This document shows, one piece after another, positions 1 through 9,653 of a stretch of DNA of 64,000 nucleotides. A program made the position numbers and the translations under genes. The first letter of the stretch is position 1. The number at the start of each line of letters is the position of its first letter. Origin of the DNA: Candidatus Latescibacterota bacterium (lineage in GTDB: Bacteria > Latescibacterota > UBA2968 > UBA8231); contig CBDCSU010000004.1 in assembly GCA_965221775.1 (NCBI GenBank), forward strand, positions 960,001-1,024,000, in the 5' to 3' direction. The notes beneath the pieces were generated by a model. It was not told where the DNA came from. It was given only the letters and a program-made list of their open reading frames with translations, and searched no databases.

Positions 1-687
1 GGCGTGGAGCCAGGCCTCCTCGTCCTCGGCCTCGCCGACTTCCGGCAGGTCTCCTGTGGCCCGGCGCCGGGCGAAGGCCGTGCCCTCCTCCACGGTCAGG
101 GCGTAGGTGGAGAGGTGGTCCGGGGCCAGGGCGATGGCCCGCCTGACGGTATGCTCCCAGTCGGCGGCAGCGGCCCCGGGGATGCTGAAGATGAGGTCCA
201 GGCTGACGCTGTCGAAGCCGGCGCCGCGGGCGATGCCGCAGGCGCGCTCGGCCTCGGCGGCGTCGTGGGCGCGGCCCAGCCGGCGCAGGCTGCTGTCGCG
301 CAGGGACTGCACGCCGAGGCTCAGCCGGGTGACCCCCGCGCTCCGGAGGTCCCGGAAGCGGCCGGCCTCCGCCGTGGAGGGGTTGGCCTCGCAGGTCACC
401 TCGGCGCCGCGGCGCAGGCCCAGGAAGCGGTCGGCGGTCTCGAGGATCCCACCCAGGAGGCGCGGCTCCAGGCGGCTGGGGGTGCCGCCCCCGAAGAACA
501 CGGTATCGAGCCCTCCGCGGTCCCCCAGGCGGGCCCAGGTCTCGATCTCGCCGCACAGGCGCTCGACGTAGAGGCCCTCCTCGGCCCGCCGCCCGGTGAC
601 CACCGAGAAGGCGCAGTACGGGCACCGCTGCGGGCAGAAGGGGACGTGGACGTAGAGGCCGAAGGGCCGCCGGGGGGATGCCGTCAT
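1..687 (-). CDS. hemW: Radical SAM heme chaperone HemW / HemN-like (3' end runs off the window)
   Basis: My translation from the ATG at 687: MTASPRRPFGLYVHVPFCPQRCPYCAFS. It has the HxPFCxxxCxYCxF motif, then FDTVFFGGGTPS and EVTCEANP. Start overlaps the upstream stop (ATGA). Not in the ORF track. Confidence 0.9.
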   Translation of the reverse strand, partial: MTASPRRPFGLYVHVPFCPQRCPYCAFSVVTGRRAEEGLYVERLCGEIETWARLGDRGGLDTVFFGGGTPSRLEPRLLGGILETADRFLGLRRGAEVTCEANPSTAEAGRFRDLRSAGVTRLSLGVQSLRDSSLRRLGRAHDAAEAERACGIARGAGFDSVSLDLIFSIPGAAAADWEHTVRRAIALAPDHLSTYALTVEEGTAFARRRATGDLPEVGEAEDEEAWLHA

Positions 688-1373
688 CGCGCCGCCGCCC
701 CGAGCCGGCCCCAGCGCAGGCGGCCGGGCAGGCTCGCCAGGCGGGCCAGCAGGCGCCCCTCCTGGCCCGCGGGCTCGGCCGAGAACCAGACGGCCAGGGG
801 CCGGCCGATGACGTCGGCCACCGGCAGGAACCCCCACTGCCGGCTGTCGCGGCTGTGATCGCGGTTGTCGCCCATTACGAAGAGGTGGCCCGGCGGCACC
901 CGCTCCGGGCCCAGGTTGTCCCGGCGGCTGCCGCGGCCGGACAGGATGCGGGGGTCGAGGTGCTTGGACCGGGGCGGGTCGGGGAACCGCTCGCCGTCGA
1001 CGAAGACCGCCTTGTCCCTGATCTCGACGCTCTGACCGGCCACGGCGACACAACGCTGCAGGTAGGTCCGGTACGGCTCCCCCGGGACGCGGAAGAGGAC
1101 GAGATCGCCGGGCGACGGCTCGCCGAGGGCGGGCAGGGCGCCGACGACGGGGACGGGTATGCCGTAGGTCACCCTCTCGAAGAGCAGGCGGTCCCCGGGC
1201 AGCAGGGTGTCCTCCATGCCCCCGGTCCGCACCGCATGCCCTCCCAGGAAGAGGGTGTTCACCACCACCAGGCCAAGGCCGGCCAGGACCAGGGTCCGGA
1301 GGAGGGAACGCCGGCGGGAACGGGACCCGGTCGATCTCCGGCGCCGGGTGCGCGAGGACTTCCTCTTCGCCAT
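684..1373 (-). CDS. lepB: Signal peptidase I (S26) homolog with both catalytic residues substituted
   Basis: N-terminal TM segment, MEDTLLPGDRLL, PGDLVLF, GDNRDHSRDSRQWGF; lies downstream of lepA. Box B reads TGGM (normally SGSM) and box D reads YLQR (normally YxKR). Confidence 0.85.
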   Translation of the reverse strand: MAKRKSSRTRRRRSTGSRSRRRSLLRTLVLAGLGLVVVNTLFLGGHAVRTGGMEDTLLPGDRLLFERVTYGIPVPVVGALPALGEPSPGDLVLFRVPGEPYRTYLQRCVAVAGQSVEIRDKAVFVDGERFPDPPRSKHLDPRILSGRGSRRDNLGPERVPPGHLFVMGDNRDHSRDSRQWGFLPVADVIGRPLAVWFSAEPAGQEGRLLARLASLPGRLRWGRLGAAAR

Positions 1374-1389
1374 GGCCGTGCCCGGCCGT

Positions 1390-3192
1390 CTATTCCTCGA
1401 TCTGCAGGGCCGCCAGGAAGGCTTCCTGGGGGATCTCCACGCTGCCCACCTGCTTCATCCGCTTCTTGCCCTCCTTCTGCCGTTCCAGGAGCTTGCGCTT
1501 GCGCGTCACGTCGCCTCCGTAGCACTTGGCGATCACGTTCTTGCGGAAGGGCTTCACGCTCTCCCGGGAGATGATCTTGTTGCCGATGGCCGCCTGGATG
1601 GCCACCTCGAACATCTGCCGGGGGATCAGTTCCTTGAGCTTGGAGCACAGGCGCCGGCCCCACTCGTAGGCCTTGTCGCGGTGGATGATCACCGCCAGGG
1701 CGTCGAGGAGGTCGCCGTTGATCAGGATGTCGAGGCGCACCAGCGGGCCGGCGCGCATCTCCTTGTGCTCGTAGTCGAAGGAGGCGTATCCCCGGGACAC
1801 GGACTTGAGGCGGTCGTAGAAGTCGACGACGACCTCGGCCAGGGGCAGGTCGTAGTGGAGGATGGCGCGGCTGGCGTCGAGGTACTCCGTGTTCCGGTAG
1901 GAACCCCGGCGCTCGTTGCAGACCTGCATCACCGCGCCGATGTACTCGGCGGGCACCAGCATCTGCGCCTCGAGGATCGGCTCGCGGATCTCGTCGATCT
2001 CTCCGGGAGGCGGCAGGTGGGCGGGGTTCTCCACCTCCAGCATGGTGGCGTCCGTGCGCAGGACCTCGTAGCGCACGTTGGGCAGGGTCGTGATCAGGTC
2101 GATCCGGTACTCCCGGTCGATGCGCTCCTGCACGATCTCCATGTGCAGGAGGCCGAGGAACCCGCAGCGGAAGCCGAAGCCCAGGGCCGGGGAGTTCTCG
2201 GGCTCGAAGGTGAAGGCCGCGTCGTTGAGCCGCAGGCGCTCGAGTGCTCCCCGCAGGTCCGCGTGGGCGTCGGCGTCGACCGGGAAGAGGCCCGAGAACA
2301 CCATCGGCTTGAGGGGCTGGTACCCCGGCAGGGGCTCGATCTCGCCGCAACCCCCGGCCGCCATCACCGTATCGCCGACACGGGCCTCGCCGAGATCGCG
2401 CACCCCGGCGATGAGATAGCCGACCTCGCCCGTCCCCATCTCTTCGGCGGCGAACCGTCCCAGGCGCAGGAGGCCGATCTCCTCCACCTCGTACTCGCGC
2501 CCCGTGGAGTGGAAGCGCACGCGCTGGCCCCTCCGGAGGGAGCCGTCGACGATGCGGATGAAACAGATCACGCCGCGGAAGTTGTCGTAGAGGGAATCGA
2601 AGACCAGCGCCCGGAGCGGGGCCTCCGCCGAGCCCGCCGCCGCCGGGACGCGCTCCACCACCGCCGCCAGCACCTCGGCGACGCCGGTGCCCTCCTTGGC
2701 GCTGATCGGCAGGATCTCGTCGCGGTCGCCGCCGATGAGATCGAGGATCTGCTGCTCCACGGCGGCCACGTCCGCCCCCGCCACGTCGATCTTGTTGACG
2801 CAGGGAATGATCGCCAGGTCGTGGTCCATGGCCAGCAGCAGATTGCTCACCGTCTGCGCCTCGACGCCCTGGGTGGCGTCGACGACGAGGATGGCGCCCT
2901 CGCAGGCGGCCAGACTGCGGGAGACCTCGTAGGTGAAATCGACGTGCCCCGGCGTGTCGATGAGGTTCAGTTGGTACTCCTCGCCGTCGGCGGCCCGGTA
3001 CTGCATGCGCACGGCGTGGGCCTTGATCGTGATCCCCCGTTCGCGCTCGAGGTCCATGCTGTCCAGAACCTGGGCCTGCATCTGTTCGGCGCCCAGAGTC
3101 TCCGTCCTCTCCAGGAGGCGGTCGGCGAGGGTGGACTTGCCGTGGTCGATGTGGGCGATGATGCAGAAGTTGCGGATGCGAGAGCGATCCAT
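1390..3192 (-). CDS. lepA: Elongation factor 4 (LepA)
   Basis: IRNFCIIAHIDHGKSTLADR, DTPGHVDF, KCYGGDVTRKRKLLE. Start moved to MDRSRIRN (ATG at 3192). Confidence 0.98.
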   Translation of the reverse strand: MDRSRIRNFCIIAHIDHGKSTLADRLLERTETLGAEQMQAQVLDSMDLERERGITIKAHAVRMQYRAADGEEYQLNLIDTPGHVDFTYEVSRSLAACEGAILVVDATQGVEAQTVSNLLLAMDHDLAIIPCVNKIDVAGADVAAVEQQILDLIGGDRDEILPISAKEGTGVAEVLAAVVERVPAAAGSAEAPLRALVFDSLYDNFRGVICFIRIVDGSLRRGQRVRFHSTGREYEVEEIGLLRLGRFAAEEMGTGEVGYLIAGVRDLGEARVGDTVMAAGGCGEIEPLPGYQPLKPMVFSGLFPVDADAHADLRGALERLRLNDAAFTFEPENSPALGFGFRCGFLGLLHMEIVQERIDREYRIDLITTLPNVRYEVLRTDATMLEVENPAHLPPPGEIDEIREPILEAQMLVPAEYIGAVMQVCNERRGSYRNTEYLDASRAILHYDLPLAEVVVDFYDRLKSVSRGYASFDYEHKEMRAGPLVRLDILINGDLLDALAVIIHRDKAYEWGRRLCSKLKELIPRQMFEVAIQAAIGNKIISRESVKPFRKNVIAKCYGGDVTRKRKLLERQKEGKKRMKQVGSVEIPQEAFLAALQIEE

Positions 3193-3199
3193 GACAGCG

Positions 3200-3228
3200 A
3201 GTCTATGGGTGTCCCCCGCTTCTGTCAA
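3200..3228 (-). promoter_or_regulatory. Sigma70-type promoter of lepA, probably leaderless
   Basis: TTGACA-17 bp-TAGACT, with the ATG 7 nt after the -10 box. Confidence 0.7.
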
Positions 3229-3343
3229 ACGGGTGGTTCCATTCGTTCAATTCATTCTTCCGCAATCGATTAGCCTCCTTCATGTCAACCTTGTCGACAA
3301 ATGGAGGAGACCCCGGGGAGAGGCTCCTCGGGGCCGGATCTGC

Positions 3344-3371
3344 TTGACACCCGGAGGAGATCCTCTAGCTT
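3344..3371 (+). promoter_or_regulatory. Putative sigma70 promoter for the large hypothetical gene and hemE
   Basis: TTGACA-16 bp-TAGCTT. Confidence 0.5.
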
Positions 3372-3438
3372 CCTCTGTTTCCGTTCGGACCCGAATTGCA
3401 CCTGCCGCCCGGCAGACCCCGAAAATCAGAAGGATGTC

Positions 3439-6231
3439 ATGACGCTTTCTCACCTCGGCGAGGAGATCGAGACTGCCAGGCGTCCCGGTCCCACCGAGGC
3501 GGGACCGGAGCCGGAACCCGGCCTTACCCCGGTGGAGGATGCCGGCTCCTGGGAGGTCGACTTCCGGGAAGGGCTGTCGGGCGAGGCCTCGCCCGAGGTT
3601 GGGACCGGCCTTCTCATCTCCTGCACCGGCGCCGGCGAAGCCGTCGTCAGCGCCCCGCACCCACTCCCCGTTCCCGCCGGTACCGCCGCCCTCCGGCTGT
3701 GGATCGAGGCCCCCGGCCCCGGCGACGCCCAGGCGCCCGAGCTCTTCGTCCTCCTGAGCGGAGGCCAGGAGCGCTCGATGGGCCGGCTCGACTTCGCCGG
3801 CCGTCATCTGCTGCGCCGCACCCTGCCCTCCGGGACGAGCATCGCCGGGCTGGTGATCCGCGGCCTCTTTCACCGCGAGACCGCCGACATCACCCTCTCG
3901 GGGCTCGCCTTCGAGGCGGAGGAGACCCAGCCCCTCCCGCCCGCGGCCCCGAGGGAGCCCGCGTCGATGCGGCCCTCCACCTCCGAGGAGGTGACGAACT
4001 CCATCCAGAAGGACGGCATCTCCTTCGTCTTCGAGGCGCGTTCCCTGTCGGCGGTGGTGCGCTACGTGTACACCCCGATCGAGGGCAACCTCTCCGACTT
4101 CGAGGTGGAGATCAACAACGGCGACGCCATCAAGCTGGCCGAGGACGGCGGCATCACCGTCTCCATGGAAGGGCGGGAGTGGAGCCCCGAGGACGAGCAG
4201 ATCGAACGCCACTTCGTCAGTTGCGAGCGGGTGGGCGACGCCGTCGAGGCGCGGTGGCAGTTTCGCCGGGGTAGCGAGCTGGCCGACTTTCTCTACCGGG
4301 TCCGCATCCAGGGCAAGTCCCTCGTCGTCGAGCTCGAAGGCGGCGGCGGCAGGGCCTCCGGCGTCGAGCTCGGATACGTGGTGGGAGCGATCCATCCGCG
4401 CCTGATCCAGGTCCCCTATCTCAATCTCGGAGACCGGCAGCCCAACGTGCTGTGCACCTCCGGGGTCTTCGTCAGCAGCTGTCTCGACTTGTGCCGGTCC
4501 CGGGCCTCCTCCCTGTACGCGGCCCCCGCCGAGGCCGACCAGCTCATGCACCTGAATGGCGGCTGCCGGTACCTGCCCGCCTCCGATGGCCGCCGGGCCG
4601 CCCTGCAGGAGTGCTGGATCCTCACGGTGTCGCGCCGGTTCGAGGAGGTTCTGCCCTCCCGGCCCGCGGTGGACGAGGCCGAGGGGCCGGCGCCGCTCTC
4701 CAAACGGTCGATCTGGTGCCAGCTGCCGGAGATGGAAGCGGGCGAGGAGGCCTACATCGAGGCCTACGAGCGCCTGCGCATGTACCGCCAGGTCGGCCTG
4801 CGCGACCTGCTGGTGCTGCATCCCGAGTCGACCTGGCACGACGGCCTCGGGGGCCCTGCCATCGACACGGTGGGAGCCGATGCCAAGGGCGGCGACGACG
4901 CCCTTCTGGAGTACCTCGAGGCGGTCCGCGAGCTCGGCTACGAGTACGCCCTGAACGCCTCCTTCCGGCAGATCTCCCCCCTCGACGAGGCGTGGCCGGA
5001 GGCCCCCGCCGCCCTCGACGAGTCGGGCGACTACATGGTGACCGGCCCGGGGCGCTACCTGCTCAAGCCGGACGCGGCCGCGCCCCTGGCCCCAGGACGC
5101 GTCGAGCGGCTCGTCAAGCGCTATGGGGCCTCGGCGGTGTACCTCACCGATCACGCCGCCGCGCCGCCCTGGGCCCGTCTCGACCGTGACGTCCGCCTGG
5201 CGGCGCCCGCGAGCTTCCGCCACACCTGGCAGTGCGAGCAGGAGCTCCTCGCCGCCCTCCGCCGGCAGGACGTGCCGGTGGTGGCCGACGGCGGCCACCA
5301 CTGGCTGTACGCCGGCCTGCTCTCGGGCGCGGTGGGGCGTCTCCGGGGCGAGTCCCCGGCGCGGCAGCCGCTCCTCGTCGACTTCGACCTGGGCTGGCTC
5401 CACGACCGCCAGACCGACGCCGGCCTCGGCGCCCCGGAGGAGTACTTCGGCGAGACGATCCCCACCGAGGAGCGCCACGCCCGCAGCGCCTGGTTCGACC
5501 GCTACCTGGCCGCCGTCGTCGCCTGCGGCCACGCCGGGCTGCTGCCCGACCTGGAGCGCTGGGGCCTGCCCGCGGTGGCCAAGACCTACTACATGCTGCG
5601 CGCTCTCCAGGACCACTACCTGGGGGTGAAGCCCGAATCGATCCACTACCAGCGCGGCGGCAATCTGCTCGAGACCACCGAGGCCCTGGTAGCCGGCGCC
5701 CACGAGCTCAGCCAGATCCGGGTGGTCTACGCCAACGGCCTGCAGGTCCACGTCAACGGCGCCCGCGAGGAGGAGTGGGTCATCGAGGCGGAGGAGGAGA
5801 CTTCCTACCGTCTGCCGCCGGCCTCCTTCCTCGCCCGGGGTCCCGGCGGCCTCCTCGTCTATTCGGCCGATGCCGGCTCGGGGCGGATCGACTACGCCGC
5901 CTGTGCCGAGTATCTCTACTGCGACACCCGGGGCCAACGCATGACCATGGGCCCCCTCACCCTCGACGGGGCGGCCGTTCTGACCCACGAGGACTGGGTG
6001 ATCGACATCTACCCCCTCGACTGCGACGAGCCCCTCGAGGTCGATCCCACCCTCCTGTGGAAGGACCGCCGCATGCCGCCCCTGCGGGTCCTCGCCTTTC
6101 GCGACGATGCGGAGGAGCCGGAAGTGGTGTCGGCCAACGCCTCGGCCGAGGGCATCCGCCTGGCGCCCCAGGAGGACGTCTGCCGCTACCGCATCACCCT
6201 TCCCGAGTGGATGATCGAGCCGGGGAAGTGA
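3439..6231 (+). CDS. Large (~930 aa) hypothetical protein, possibly with a glycoside-hydrolase-like barrel core
   Basis: Long ORF with high GC3 codon bias; AAGGA upstream of the ATG at 3439. Beta-rich N- and C-terminal parts surround an alpha/beta core. No signal peptide. Confidence 0.8.
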   Translation: MTLSHLGEEIETARRPGPTEAGPEPEPGLTPVEDAGSWEVDFREGLSGEASPEVGTGLLISCTGAGEAVVSAPHPLPVPAGTAALRLWIEAPGPGDAQAPELFVLLSGGQERSMGRLDFAGRHLLRRTLPSGTSIAGLVIRGLFHRETADITLSGLAFEAEETQPLPPAAPREPASMRPSTSEEVTNSIQKDGISFVFEARSLSAVVRYVYTPIEGNLSDFEVEINNGDAIKLAEDGGITVSMEGREWSPEDEQIERHFVSCERVGDAVEARWQFRRGSELADFLYRVRIQGKSLVVELEGGGGRASGVELGYVVGAIHPRLIQVPYLNLGDRQPNVLCTSGVFVSSCLDLCRSRASSLYAAPAEADQLMHLNGGCRYLPASDGRRAALQECWILTVSRRFEEVLPSRPAVDEAEGPAPLSKRSIWCQLPEMEAGEEAYIEAYERLRMYRQVGLRDLLVLHPESTWHDGLGGPAIDTVGADAKGGDDALLEYLEAVRELGYEYALNASFRQISPLDEAWPEAPAALDESGDYMVTGPGRYLLKPDAAAPLAPGRVERLVKRYGASAVYLTDHAAAPPWARLDRDVRLAAPASFRHTWQCEQELLAALRRQDVPVVADGGHHWLYAGLLSGAVGRLRGESPARQPLLVDFDLGWLHDRQTDAGLGAPEEYFGETIPTEERHARSAWFDRYLAAVVACGHAGLLPDLERWGLPAVAKTYYMLRALQDHYLGVKPESIHYQRGGNLLETTEALVAGAHELSQIRVVYANGLQVHVNGAREEEWVIEAEEETSYRLPPASFLARGPGGLLVYSADAGSGRIDYAACAEYLYCDTRGQRMTMGPLTLDGAAVLTHEDWVIDIYPLDCDEPLEVDPTLLWKDRRMPPLRVLAFRDDAEEPEVVSANASAEGIRLAPQEDVCRYRITLPEWMIEPGK

Positions 6232-6247
6232 TCCTCCGGCCGGCGCG

Positions 6248-7312
6248 TTGACCCTCCCCTCCCCGAGCCCCGAAGCGCCCGCCGAAGAGCCCCTGTTCCT
6301 CGCTGCCTGCCGCGGACGGGCCGGCCCCCGGCGGCCGGTCTGGCTCATGCGTCAGGCCGGCCGCATCCTCTCCCCGTACCGCCAGCTCAAGAAGCGCATC
6401 GGCTCCATGGAGGCCATGTTCCGGGATCCCGCGGTGGCCGCCGACGTAACCCTCATGCCCATCGAGCTCCTGGGCGTCGATGCCGCCATCCTCTTCGCCG
6501 ACATCTTCACCCCCGTCCCTCCCATGGGCTGCGCCGTCACCTTCTCGCCCGCTCCGGTCCTCGAGTACCACGTGGCCGGCGCCGCGGACCTGGCGCGGCT
6601 CCGCGAGATCGACTCGGAGCGCGACCTCGGCCACGTGGCCGAGACGATCGGCCGCGTGCGCCAGCGGCTCCCCGCCGGGGTCCCCCTCATCGGGTTCGCG
6701 GGGGCGCCTTTCACCCTGGCCACCTACATGGCCGAGAGCGGGCCCCGCTCGCGGGAGTTCAGCGGCTATCGGCGGCTGCTGCAGTGCGACCCGTCCACCG
6801 CCCTGGGCCTGCTCGACAGGCTCACCGAGGTGAGCATCGACTACCTGTCCATGCAGGTTCGCGCCGGCGCCCAGGCCCTGCAGTTGTTCGACACCTGGGT
6901 GGGGAGCCTGTCGCTGGCCGACTTCGAGTCCGTCGTCCTCCCCCGTCTGCAACGCATCTTCCGCCACCTCGACGCCCTCGGCGTGCCGGCGATCTACTAC
7001 GCCAACCACGCCGCCCACCTCGTCGACGCCCTCGACCGGGTCGGCGCGCACATCCTCTCCCTCGACTGGCGCATCGACCTGGGCGCCCTGTTCCGGCGTT
7101 GGGACGGCCGGATCCCCCTGCAGGGCAACCTCGACCCGGCGCGGCTCTTCGCCCCCCCCGACCGGGTGGAGGAGGAGGTCCGGCGGCTGCTGCGGACCAC
7201 GGAGGGGTACCCTCACCTGTTCAACTTGGGCCACGGGGTCCATCCGGAGACCCCGTACGCCAGCGTGGTCCGGCTGGTCGAGACGGTTCAGGGATACGGC
7301 CGGGAGAGCTGA
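6248..7312 (+). CDS. hemE: Uroporphyrinogen decarboxylase
   Basis: PVWLMRQAGR, DAAILFADI, LIGFAGAPFTLATY, QGNLDP, FNLGHG. Confidence 0.95.
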   Translation: MTLPSPSPEAPAEEPLFLAACRGRAGPRRPVWLMRQAGRILSPYRQLKKRIGSMEAMFRDPAVAADVTLMPIELLGVDAAILFADIFTPVPPMGCAVTFSPAPVLEYHVAGAADLARLREIDSERDLGHVAETIGRVRQRLPAGVPLIGFAGAPFTLATYMAESGPRSREFSGYRRLLQCDPSTALGLLDRLTEVSIDYLSMQVRAGAQALQLFDTWVGSLSLADFESVVLPRLQRIFRHLDALGVPAIYYANHAAHLVDALDRVGAHILSLDWRIDLGALFRRWDGRIPLQGNLDPARLFAPPDRVEEEVRRLLRTTEGYPHLFNLGHGVHPETPYASVVRLVETVQGYGRES

Positions 7313-7315
7313 GAA

Positions 7316-7552
7316 ATGTCAGGGACGGAGATCGAAGAGAGAGGCGTGACCCGCCGTCACACCTTCTTCTGCGTCGACCGCGAGCGGCACGGCGGCAACG
7401 CCGGGTTGATCGAGGCGGTGCCGAAGCAGATCGTCGTCTTCGGAAAGACGATCGAAGGCTGGATCATCACCACCGAGAGGCCGGTGATCGACAAGACGAT
7501 CACCCTGGCCGAATCGGTGGAGGGCGTCGCGTCGACTCACGACCCCGAGTGA
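7316..7552 (+). CDS. Small hypothetical protein (78 aa)
   Basis: Starts 3 nt after the hemE stop with a GGAGAG RBS; typical codon usage. Confidence 0.65.
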   Translation: MSGTEIEERGVTRRHTFFCVDRERHGGNAGLIEAVPKQIVVFGKTIEGWIITTERPVIDKTITLAESVEGVASTHDPE

Positions 7553-7567
7553 AGGGGTCGGGGGCCT

Positions 7568-8038
7568 TCAGTCCCAGCGAAAGGCGCCCTTGTGCCAGCG
7601 CGCCCAGCGTTGAGGCGGATCCTCCACCTCGTCGCCTGGAGCCATGAATTCCCCGCCGAAGTCGGAGCGCTCCTGGTAGCCCTTCCACAGGCTCGGGAAG
7701 TCCGCTTCGAGCATCTCTTCCACGCGGTTGCGAATGCCCTCGGCATGGTAGGTGAGGAGGCGCGCCGACTCCCGGCGGCCGGACTCCTGGAGATGCTCCG
7801 CCATGGGGGTGCTGATCCACAGGACGAAGCGCACCTTGTTGCCCTCGGCGAGCTCGAGCCCGACGCGGTAGGCGGGATAGGAGACCTGCAGCCCGAGCAC
7901 CTGCAGGCGCAGGCTGAGCCACTCCCTCTGGGTTACGGTCCTGGGCTTGTCCAGCTCGACGTCGGCGAGCTCCGAGGCCGCCGGAAGGGCCCCGCAGAGA
8001 AGGCCGAGGGCGGCGGCAAAGCCTGATATCCGCCTCAT
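7568..8038 (-). CDS. Exported hypothetical protein
   Basis: Signal peptide MRRISGFAAALGLLCGALPAAS; GGGGAG RBS. Confidence 0.7.
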   Translation of the reverse strand: MRRISGFAAALGLLCGALPAASELADVELDKPRTVTQREWLSLRLQVLGLQVSYPAYRVGLELAEGNKVRFVLWISTPMAEHLQESGRRESARLLTYHAEGIRNRVEEMLEADFPSLWKGYQERSDFGGEFMAPGDEVEDPPQRWARWHKGAFRWD

Positions 8039-8069
8039 GGGCTGCTCCCCTCGCCCCGCCGGGACACGC

Positions 8070-8612
8070 TCAGCGATCGTCCCCGGGGCGCGTGAAGTTC
8101 TCTTCCATGAAGATGAGGATGTCCCGCAGGGAGATGAATCCCACGGGGCACCAGTCCTCGTCCACCAGCGGCACATGGCGGAAGCCGTGAACCGCCATCA
8201 TGTGGAGGGCGCGGCTGACCGGGTCGGAGGGCTTCAGCGCCGTCGGTCCGGGCGTCATCAGGCTCTCCACCGGCACCGCCTCCAGGTCCTCGATCAGGCC
8301 CGCCACCCGGTAGAGCACGTCGCGCTCGGTGAAGATCCCCACGAGCTCGCCGCCGGGGTTGGTGACCAGCACGCAGCCCACGTTGCGGCCCTTGAGCCGC
8401 GAGATCGCCTCCGCCAGGGAGGTGTGGCGCTCGACGCTCTCGGGAAGGCGGGGGTTGAGGCTCAGAAGCGGTTGCCGCAGGATCGAGGACTCCCCCTCCT
8501 CGACCTCCCCGGGAGCGACCAGGCTCTGGCCGCACTCCTCGCACAGGTCCGTCCCGGCTATGTTGACGTGCCCGCAGGCCGGGCACAGGACGCCTTGGGA
8601 GGCGGCCTCCAT
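8070..8612 (-). CDS. Zinc-ribbon plus tandem CBS domain protein
   Basis: CPACGHVNIAGTDLCEECG followed by a CBS pair (LVGIFTERDVL, LMTP, FRHVPLVD). Confidence 0.88.
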   Translation of the reverse strand: MEAASQGVLCPACGHVNIAGTDLCEECGQSLVAPGEVEEGESSILRQPLLSLNPRLPESVERHTSLAEAISRLKGRNVGCVLVTNPGGELVGIFTERDVLYRVAGLIEDLEAVPVESLMTPGPTALKPSDPVSRALHMMAVHGFRHVPLVDEDWCPVGFISLRDILIFMEENFTRPGDDR

Positions 8613-8617
8613 GGGGG

Positions 8618-9631
<1,014 letters not shown>

Positions 9632-9653
9632 CTGCTTGGCTCCGCCGGGTTCG

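Noticed and set aside
1207-3273. Long antisense and alternate-frame ORFs (e.g. 1207-3273 +, 3280-6348 -, 9597-12398 +, 21020-24112 +)
   Set aside because: These are shadows of real genes caused by high GC and stop-codon scarcity; they show no motifs and have skewed composition.
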